Assembly (NCBI GenBank): GCA_043228905.1
Contig: JBHGNT010000005.1
Span: 22,568,001-22,632,000, forward strand
Length of the DNA: 64,000 nucleotides
Direction: 5' to 3'
From: Azolla caroliniana
Lineage: Eukaryota; Plantae; Polypodiophyta
The translations under genes and the position numbers were made by a program. Under the pieces are notes generated by a model. That model was given only the letters and a program-made list of their open reading frames with translations, searched no databases and was not told where the DNA came from. Position 1 is the first letter of the stretch; every line of letters starts with the position of its first letter. This document shows, piece by piece, positions 26,301 through 35,376 of the stretch.

Positions 26301-26883
26301 CCGGCAGTAGGAACCCGCCCCCACCGATTTTGAGCTCCCGTAGCGTTCTGTCGGTGAAGGTGTGTCCTATGCAGGCCGGATCTCGTAAACTGGGGTCCGA
26401 CGCGACCCCCTTGATTCGCAACTCGCTGCCCTCCGGTAAGGGTGCCGCGACTGGCCTTACCTTCCGGTCCACAGTCTTGTACTTCATGTTAACCCGGGCC
26501 GTCCGATCCGACTCGAGCCCTCGACTGAAGTCCGCGATGACTTCGTACATCTCTTCTGAACAAACCGGTATCTTCCGGTCCTCCTTAAGGCCCTCTCCGA
26601 CCACCTCTCGTAGTATTCCCAAGGTGTCGTCGAAGGAGACCGCCTCCACGGCACTGTTGATTTCCTCGCTGGGCTCGAGGACTCCGCATGCCCGAAGTCG
26701 CTCTTCCGCCCTTGTCTTTTCTCGGCCAACGATGCCGACTATCGTATACCCTCCGTTGTCGGAGAAACAAAACTTCCTACTTATGGTACAAGGTTTCTTC
26801 GGTTTCGCCTCTATCATACATTTGTGGGGTTTTCCCGGAGTGTGTGGACTGTCACGCCCCCACGTCTTGGCAGCCCTCTCTAA
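23339..26883 (-). pseudogene. G1 pol (RT, RNase H, integrase), with a stop at 24488 and a deletion/frameshift near 26150
   Basis: WFTVPKKNGTLRFIQDLQPVN, DLYSGYD, LPQGGTNS, FLDDI, VDTSPTGIG, H.SPWAGHRG, CESCQ, VADRGE, YNPEANGKVE, RWFGPY. Confidence 0.9.
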
Positions 26884-27527
26884 AAATCCTCCCGGTTCTC
26901 GCCACCGAGGGACTCGCGGTTTCGCTCGTGGTTCGGTCGCACCGTCAGGAACTGGACCAAATGATGCACGTCCTGACTCTTGACCCTCGCGTAAGCCGAC
27001 CCATTGTCCAGCACCTTGGTCTCCATTCGCGTTGCCGTAATGTACGGTTCTCCCCGTATGACCGGGTGCGAGGACGTCTCCTGCACAAAGAAGTGCTGGT
27101 CTATCTCGACGTCGCCGATCTTAACTCGCACGTTTGGGCAGGCCCCGTGTAGTTCCTCGGTGGCGCGCGTCGCCGCCCGTATCTTCCACCCGTGCTTAGT
27201 GTTGATCAGCCATTTCCCCTTCTTGTAGAAGTCCATGGACATCAGGTTTATTTCCGAACCGTGGTCCACCAACGCCACCACCGGTTCCTGAACATCTCCG
27301 ATCTTCACCAGGGTTTCCGTGGTCGCTTGGGCCCAGTGTGGCCTCGAATAGTGGCTCTCCGCCCACTCGTCTTCCAGTGCCATGTCCTCTATGTGCGCCG
27401 TCCGCACCTCAACCGGCCTTTCCGGTTCTGTCTCCGTCGACAGCCTCTTCCTCTTTACCAAGTCCACGATGGAGTCGTGGAACTCCTTCTTGGCGATTCC
27501 GAGCACCTCCCGCAACGACAGTTCCAC
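26880..27527 (-). pseudogene. G1 aspartic protease region
   Basis: VALVDHGSEINLMS catalytic motif and VI.G.P motif. Confidence 0.85.
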
Positions 27528-27552
27528 TTTGCTGTCGAGGATTCGTTAAACC

Positions 27553-29004
27553 CTAAACCTTTCGTAGGTCCGTGGTCCTTTCGATCTTCGTGCCCAAACG
27601 GTATCCGCCGTTCTTGTGGTTATCCCGGGCACTGGACTCACCGGCCTCGTTCCGTTTCGGCCCGAATCGGGTTTCGTATCTCTGTGAGGGTCCGGCCCCT
27701 CTGGTTTTACCTACTCGTTTGTCTTCAACCAGAGCCTCGTAGTTCTGGCATGCTGCTTCGACGAAAACCGTCTTTTCTTCGATCGGGTCACTCCACCCGG
27801 TTACCTCCTGGACCCGCTTCTCCGCGCTGTCCGCCTCGTCTCTCTTTAGTCGGGCACTGGCGAGGCCTTCCAGCACCAATGGCCAAAACCCGGCTTTGCT
27901 CTCCTTCCGGGCCTCGCTGCCTCCGACCCGAATACCAACTGACGCTGAGTAGTGGACGGTCTCCGCGTGCCGGGCTGCCGCCTCTTCCATCAGCCTTTTC
28001 ATTCCTCCTCGCCCGTCGTTTCGGTTCAGGGCCCTCCGGGTATCACTGGCGTGCACCCGACCTTCCCACAAGTACACTACCCTTCTCAAAGCCTCCGTAA
28101 AGTCCCCGTAGTCTTTCCGGATGTGGCCGACCTCGTCGCACCACATGCACCTATTTCCCGCCGAAGGCCGTCGGTCACGAGCCTGATCGCCGCCTTCCCT
28201 CCGAGCCTGGGCGATCTGGAGATCCTTTACCGCTCGTGTTAACTCCTCCAAAGTTGTTCCCTCGGACGAGCCTCTGACCACGCCGGTCGAAGCCGAACCG
28301 GTTTCGAGCCACTCTCGGGTCTCTTCCCTTCGCGCCTGCGGTGTCGGTTCAGGCTTCCTTGCTGCGACAGGTCCCGTCCCGGTCGCCTTTGTATCGGCCC
28401 ACTCCCACCGTTTGTCAAAACGGCCGCAGACTCTTTTTACCGCGGCCCAGTCGGCCGTCAGCCCGTCTTCGGTTTCCAGTAAGGAGCCCACTTGTTCCCG
28501 ATCCCATGCGTCAACCGATTTGACAAACAGTAGGACACGACTTGTGTCTAGAACGGTCCGGTCGAGCGCCGAAAGGCGCGCAAAGCGTTCCTCAAACTCC
28601 CAGAGGAGTATCGACGCATTTCTTCCTTTGTTGGGGGACTCCACCCACTCCATGAAGCCCCGCTTCGAAAGTCGAAGCGCGTCATCCAGCCCGTATTTCT
28701 CCAGGAGCCGTCCTTCAAACTCCTCCCAGGTCCGGCTCTCCGCCCGGACCTCGAGCACCTCCGCATGGATACCTGGCATCGCCACTCGAGGGAATCCGGC
28801 AAGACGCCTCTCTTCCGGAATATCCCTCATCAACATCTCCGCCCAGTAGGACGCCAAATAACTCGTGGCATCCTTTCCACTGAACTGGCCGATCATACCG
28901 ACGATCGCCTCAATAGCCCTGTCAAGGGCGCCGGTGCCCTCGCGCGCGCTCACTATTCGGTCCACGGCCGAAGCCATGGCCTCTGCAAGATCTGACCCTC
29001 TCAT
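27553..29004 (-). CDS. G1 Gag (483 aa, degenerate zinc knuckle)
   Basis: ATG just after the PBS; CMWCDEVGHIRKDY (CCHC with the last Cys replaced by Tyr). Confidence 0.8.
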   Translation of the reverse strand: MRGSDLAEAMASAVDRIVSAREGTGALDRAIEAIVGMIGQFSGKDATSYLASYWAEMLMRDIPEERRLAGFPRVAMPGIHAEVLEVRAESRTWEEFEGRLLEKYGLDDALRLSKRGFMEWVESPNKGRNASILLWEFEERFARLSALDRTVLDTSRVLLFVKSVDAWDREQVGSLLETEDGLTADWAAVKRVCGRFDKRWEWADTKATGTGPVAARKPEPTPQARREETREWLETGSASTGVVRGSSEGTTLEELTRAVKDLQIAQARREGGDQARDRRPSAGNRCMWCDEVGHIRKDYGDFTEALRRVVYLWEGRVHASDTRRALNRNDGRGGMKRLMEEAAARHAETVHYSASVGIRVGGSEARKESKAGFWPLVLEGLASARLKRDEADSAEKRVQEVTGWSDPIEEKTVFVEAACQNYEALVEDKRVGKTRGAGPSQRYETRFGPKRNEAGESSARDNHKNGGYRLGTKIERTTDLRKV

Positions 29005-29024
29005 CTTCTGCTCCTCTACCGCCT

Positions 29025-29042
29025 TTCACGTCGGGTTCACCA
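29025..29042 (-). other. G1 primer-binding site, complementary to tRNA-Trp
   Basis: TGGTGAACCCGACGTGAA is complementary to the plant tRNA-Trp 3' end ...TTCACGTCGGGTTCACCA (recalled sequence). Confidence 0.8.
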
Positions 29043-29046
29043 AATA

Positions 29047-29698
29047 TGTCGCGTTACTACGCGCATGCGTGGAGAAACGAGGCGGGACCACCGGGGTCTT
29101 GAACCAAAGAGCAGGTGATAGAAGGGGAAAGAGAAAGAGAGAGACGCCTGGTTGCGTATGAGCAAAGGAACACAGGGGCACGACCCATCAACGCAGAAGG
29201 CACGAACGAACACAGAGACAGAGAGACACGAATGTGTATATATTAACGAATAGCAAAGTAAACAACAGAGCACGCGAGCGGTTACAACCGAACAGGCCGG
29301 CGAACAGATGCCGATGCCTGTTCGTCTGTGCACGAAAGGAGATAGGATGGAGGTGCTGCCGGAAGCACACGGGCGTTCCTCGAAGCAGCGCGAGCCTCCC
29401 AAAAATCTGCAGAGAAGAGCAATAGAGAACAAACAGAGGAGAAGCGTTCGGTTACGGTCCGACAACACTTCGTCCTCCTTAATGCGCGATCCCCTTCTCC
29501 CCCGCGTCTCCCTCTCTTTTATATCTTCCAGAAGGGAGACGTCTCCCTCATTTACTTCCCACCTACCGAATCTAACTACCCAAGATATACCTATGTACCT
29601 AATTCTCTATTATATACATTAAGGGGCGCGCACGCGTGAAGAGCCGGTTCACGCGCGATATGCACCGATTGCTCTAAGGGACGGTTTTCTTCACGACA
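29047..29698 (-). repeat. G1 5' LTR
   Basis: Direct repeat of 22695-23346. Confidence 0.95.
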
Positions 29699-29888
29699 CC
29701 GTAATGGGCGTATACATGGGTTATCTAAGGAAATACGGGTATAGGCATAGGTTCTCGGACAGGTCCGTTTTGTTTGAATCGGCATGATCCGTAGACAGAA
29801 GACTGAACTGGTCGGGTCGGAAAAGCTGAAGCTAATCATCTGTGAACCGATGCCTGTTGTCGGAAACCGTCCTGCACTATGTCCGGCT

Positions 29889-31831
29889 TTAACTGAACCG
29901 ATATGTTGTTACGCCCATCTGTTGCCGAAGAGACTGGAACCGGTCTGCCGAAAGACACTTGGTCATTCCATCTGCGACATTATCGGTTGTGGATATCTTC
30001 TCTAAACCGATTTTCCCGGAAATGACGCAGTCCCGAACAAAGTGATATCGAACTTCGATATGCTTGGAGGCGTTGTGATGAACCGGATTTTTTGATAAAG
30101 CAACGGTACACTGACTATCGTTGTAGACAATTGGAGCCGAGTTGGAGTCAACTTGCCAAAACCTGTGCGCCAGCCGACCGAGCCATAAAGCTTCTTTCGT
30201 TGCGTCGGAAGAAGCTACATATTTTGCTTCCGTTGTTGAGGTGGCTGTGCACTCCTGAAGTTTAGACTTCCACGAGATTGCTCCATTGCCGAATTTAAAG
30301 CAGTATCCGGTTGTTGACTTGCGACTGTCCACACAGCCGGCGAAGTCCGAGTCGGTGTAACCGACTACGCCTGAAGTTGAGTTCGGATCAAAAAGGATGC
30401 CGTGGTCTTTTGTGTCAGCTAAATATCTGAACACATGCTTGACTGCGTTCCAGTGCGATCAGCCGGGATTGTGCATAAATCTGCTGATGACTCCTACGGC
30501 GTGAGAGATATCAGGCCGTGTCGCGACCATCGCGTACATTAGAGAGCCTACTACCAGTGCATACGGTACCGACTTCATATCTTCCCCCTCCGGACCGGAT
30601 GTCGGGCAGTCTCGATGACGAAGCCGAAGATGAATGGGGAGCGGGGTCAAAGCAGACTTGGCCGATTGCATGTTGAAGCGTTCCAAGACATGTCCGATGT
30701 AGTCGGTTTGAGACAGAAAAAGTTGTCTTTTGGCGCGATTCTGACTAATCTTCATTCTGAGTATGTGTCCTGCCGGACCGAGGTCGTTCATGGAAAACTT
30801 CAATCGCAGTTTCCAAACGAGTTCGGTGAGCTCTCCGGTATGCTGATCGGAGAGTAGCATGTCGTCCACGTAGATGATGACGAAGACGGGAGAACCGTCT
30901 TGAGAGGTTTTGGTGAAGAGGCAGTGGTCCTCATCGCTCTTGGAGAAGCCGACCGACTGGATGAAATCGTCGAACTTCTTGTACCACTGTCGGGGTGCCT
31001 GTTTCAGGCCGTAAAGACTCTTCCTGAGTCGGCAAACTAGATGTTCCTGACCGGTGGCCACAAAGCCTTTCGGCTGCATCTAGTTGAATCAGCTCCAAAT
31101 TGACGGCAGCCACAACACCGAGCATGAAACGAAGGGTTGTCATTTTGACCACTGGTGAAAAGATTTCGTCGAAGTCGACGCCATATCCCTGTCGAGATAT
31201 CTTTGCAACTAATCTGGCCTTGTACTTTGGGGTGGTCGGGTTGGACGTCTCCTTTAGTCTATAGACCCACTTGCAATGAAGAGCACGTCGATTCTTCGGT
31301 AAGTCGACCAAATCCCAAGTCTTGTTGGCGCGGATGGAGTGCATTTCCGACTCCATTGTTAGATGCCAGGTGGCTGAATTGGCAGTTGCTGATGCTTCTT
31401 CGTAGGACGTCGGTTCGCCGACGTCGGTGAAGAAAATTCCGGGAGAGTACCTCTCCGAAGGTTGCGACAGTCTCTCAGATATTCGAGGTATGACTGGACT
31501 AGTCGCACTGGGTGTTGATGTCGAATGGTCGGAAGCCGAGCCATTCAGCTGTACCGAATCTGTGGATTCGGTGCGAGAGAAGTCGGTTACCCGTGAAACC
31601 GATCTCACGTTGTGTGTTGGGTCGTCATGAAGGGTTGGCACTTCGGAAAATATTACCCTTTGGACTTCAATAGGCCTTTCGGCCGTTTTGTGCATAGTCG
31701 ACTCGTTGAACACGACATCCGAACTTCGGATGATTTGCATCTGCTCAAGGTCCCAGATTCGGTATCCGATCTCGTTGTCGGGTCCATACCCGAGGAAAAC
31801 GCATTTCCATGATCTCGGTTCGAATTTTCGG
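29889..31831 (-). pseudogene. A2 integrase C-terminus, RT and RNase H (deletions and stops)
   Basis: [45 protein letters not shown]. Confidence 0.92.
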
Positions 31832-32249
31832 TGTTATTCGTTGGCCGGACAAGGCCTAACACAAGGTGTCACGGAGACACTTCACCAAAGGGTGATTACG
31901 GCATAGGATTAAGATTCAACGATTACACCGACTTACGTAAGTTACACGATTAGAATGCTTTGGTTAATTACACGCGTAAGATATAACAGTAATTACAGAA
32001 CGGAAATCAGACAGAAGTATAAACACCATAAGCTCTATTAATTATCCGCTCCGATTACAATGGGGTCCGGGCCTTTAAATAGGTTTCCGGCCCGTAGTAC
32101 AAAACGGTGCCTATCGCACCTATTCGGGATCCGTCCGGATCTAGAACGGCATACCGTTTCCAGTCCGTCCGTCCACACTATGCTTATTTACAACCATACT
32201 AAATTAATTCCTTCACTCCGTATTTTGGACTCCTTGCCGGCCGGTAACA
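31832..32249 (-). repeat. G2 3' LTR
   Basis: TGTTATTCG...GGTAACA. Confidence 0.95.
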
Positions 32250-32301
32250 CATGGCACGCCCGTGGGACAGTACCTTGTACGTCGAACCCTTCTCGGCCCC
32301 T

Positions 32302-35001
32302 TCATTGTTCACCCAAATTGTCCAAAATACTTTGTTCCAGAGTTTCCACTTGGTCTTCCGGTTGTGGTTGCTGCGGCTGTGGTTGCTGCTGCTGCTGTGG
32401 TTGCGGTTGGGACTGAGGCTACTCCGGCTGCTCTGCTTGCTGCTGCTGCTCCGTTTGTTTCTCTGACTCCGGCTGCTCCGTTTGTCTCTCTGACTCTGGC
32501 ATCTCCGTTTGACTGCTTCCGGTCCGTTCTCCTTCCAGTAACGGTTCCTCATCACTGAGGTTGACCGTAACCGGTTCTCGTGCTTTCTCTTCCCGGATCC
32601 GGGACCTCTCGTAGCTTTCAAACTGGATCTGCGCCTCCAGCCTGTCGTCGTCCAGCTGAGCTACAAGTTGCCGGACTTGCCCTAGTTGGTCGTCTGCCAA
32701 GGCTTGAAAGTCCTCGGCCAGCTCATCTCTTATGCCGGTGAAGTCTTCGGAAGTCAGCATATAGCAATCATCTCCCTCCTTCCGCCGGTTCTCTATGTCG
32801 GCCCGGAGCAGTTGGAGTTCCGCCGCGTTCGTGGCCCACTTGGTCCACCATTTGACGGAGCCGTTGTCAATCAAGCTCTTGGTCTGGTTCAACCAGGCCC
32901 GCATGATATCCTGGATGCGACTTGCTCCCATTTGCGTTCTACTTTCCACCACTTGTCGCTCCTCCTTCAACTGCTTGATGAGATTCGCCGTATCCTCCGC
33001 CTGCTCTCTGTAGCGCGTCAGCTGCCCTTGATATGTTGTCTGCAGCCTCTGCAGTACCTCCGCCGCTCTTTCTTTTTCCGCCTGCTGTTGCCTGAGGAGC
33101 TCTGTCCGAACCTTATCCGCCTCTTCCAGCCGTCTTCTGGTTTCCGCTTGTTCCTTAGCGTATGCCGTTGCGGTCCGATCAACTGCTTGCCGGAGCTCAT
33201 CCGTCCGTTCCTTGTGCTCCGTTTGCAACCGTTTATACTCCCGGTGCAAGTGCTCAAATTCCTCTGTTTTTTGTTTGAGCTTGCCGTTGATCTGGCGCTG
33301 GTTCCGGTCCTCCCGGTCCTTTACCTACCGAAGTTCCTCTTTCAGGCGCTCTACTTCTGTTTCGGCGTTCCTCCGGAGCCTGTCCTTCTCTTGCAGCATT
33401 TTCTCCTTTTCCTCCTTGAGCCGGTCGTACGCTTGGTGGCCTTTCCGTAAGCTCTCCTCGGCCCGGCGTAGATTGTCAGCAGTCTTTTTGAGTTCTGCCT
33501 CCGCTGCCGTCTTCAATTCTCTTTCGCGGCTCCTCAGCGCTTCTTGGGCAGCTAGCTCATCTTTTAAGTCCGCAAGCTCTTGGGCTTGTGCCGTATTTCT
33601 CTCCGGAACGGTTTCCGTTACCGGGGTCTGATTGCTCTGTACAGGTTGATCTGACGCTTTATTCTGTACATTGCCCGGAGTCACCGGTGCTTGGACTTGT
33701 GTTGTCAAAGCCAATTGAGCCATTTCCCTTGTGACCCTGTCCAAGTCTTGTTCAAGGCTCCGGATTCTGGACCGGGCCGTCTCTAGATCTACGGTTGTGA
33801 CGAGCAACCGTTCGTTGTGCGCTCTCTCCTCCGCCTCTATGTACTCGACCGCTCCGGCGATCTGCTCGCCTACCCACCGTAGCCACATGCTACTGGTGCC
33901 TTGCTGCTGTACTGGTCGAGTCGGCTCGTTCACTGTGGAATTGTCTGGCCTGAGTGCCTGTATCTGCCGTTCTGGTTCTACTCCTTGGCCGCCGTGTGTG
34001 CTGGCTGGGCTCGCCGGCTGTTGAGTTCCAGTTCTCGCCGTCTCCGGAGCCGTTGGAATGACTTCTGGTATAGAAGTCGACAAGGCCGGTTCTACACGCA
34101 CCGGTTCCGGTTCCTCCCTTGTGTTTTGCTCAGGTTGAGTTCGGGGCGTTTCTTTCTTTTGCGGGTCCGAACGCTCCCCCGCTGCCCCGGCGGCCCCACT
34201 TCTTGACCGTCGTTGGAGGTGCTCTTCTGGCTCCTCCGTTTCCTCTTCCTGGGTAACGGCATGTTTCTGTGCCGTCAAGGGTTCTGGTTCCTTCTGACCC
34301 GGTCGCCGTATGGTTATCTTAACGGGTCCCACCGGTGACACCTCCTTCGGTTCTGGGAGCCGTTTCTTCCCTTTTGTCGCCTTCGACGCCAGCAGCTGCT
34401 GTCGTTTGGACGCCGGCTTCGAGGTGCTTCCTTCCGATACTCTTGGCCGCTTCTTTGGCTGAACGGTCTCGACCGGCGGCACGAGCAATGTTATCCACTG
34501 AGCTACGGCATGCCACAGCTTCCGGCCCTCCTTGCCGTCCTTTCCTCGAACCATGTCGATTGCCGCGCACAAACCGTCTGCAATCAACACCGGCCAGTCC
34601 ACCTGGATCCCTTCATAGGTGGCTATGATCATCCCTGCCCGATTTTTTGGCATGACAGGGGGTCGGGGGTACACGTGGCCGTACTCATGGAGCACTCGAG
34701 CTATCTCCCTGAACAGCGGATCTTCGCCGCCCTGCGTTCGATAGCCTTTGCCGGCTACAGAGTACTCACCGAAATATCGAGTGAGTTGCTCCGAGGTTGG
34801 ATTATCAATCTGAAAAATACCCCCCTCCGGAAGGCCTGTTAGCGCACGGATCGCTTCCTCGGTGATGACTTCTTTGTCGAGCTCCTTGATGACCTGGTCG
34901 GCTTCTTTGTGCGGTGGTGCCTCCATGATGGTCAAGAACCCATCCAGTCCGTGTTGCCTGAACCATTTCCTGGCCGCTTCCGTCAGCGTTTGTGGTTCCA
35001 T
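32302..35001 (-). pseudogene. G2 accessory ORF downstream of pol (~899 codons, two in-frame TAG stops); coiled-coil protein of unknown function
   Basis: ORFs 33325-35301 and 32419-33249 and the Q/P-rich tail to the TGA at 32302 are all in one frame; likely start MEPQTL at 35001. Confidence 0.8.
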
Positions 35002-35329
35002 GTCTGCTTCGAGGTCGAGGAAAGATGGCGAGGTAGAGTGGTGATGAGAGTGAGAGCGAGAGAGAGAGCGTTCTGAACGCGGGGGTTCTCTGAGTGCAGG
35101 TTTGCGTTTGCTAAGCTTCCACTGCCTTGGTGCTTCTGTGCTTCTTGGCTCGCGAAAAAAGAAGGTCTCCATGCGCTCTTCTTTTTCTCTGTGCGTCTTG
35201 GCGCCTTTTTCGAGCATGCGCACGTCGTGTACCGATTTAGTATTAAGTAACGTGGCGGCTCTTAAATGCCCACTACGTACCTTTTCGCTCCTTGCTTTCA
35301 CGTCCGTTCACTCCTCGATTTTTAATGAT

Positions 35330-35361
<32 letters not shown>

Positions 35362-35376
35362 TGACGGTATGTGACC

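Larger units (their letters stand above)
22695..29698 (-). mobile_element. Ty3/Gypsy element G1
   Basis: 652-bp LTRs at 22695-23346 and 29047-29698; domain order gag-PR-RT-RH-INT; flanks CTGT / CCGT. Confidence 0.95.

Noticed and set aside
29025-29042. tRNA-Trp-like sequence as a tRNA gene
   Set aside because: Only the 3' 18 nt including CCA are present, adjacent to an LTR, so it is a primer-binding site.
22640-29622. 100-158 aa ORFs repeated in both G1 LTRs
   Set aside because: Low-complexity LTR sequence; the repetition reflects LTR duplication.
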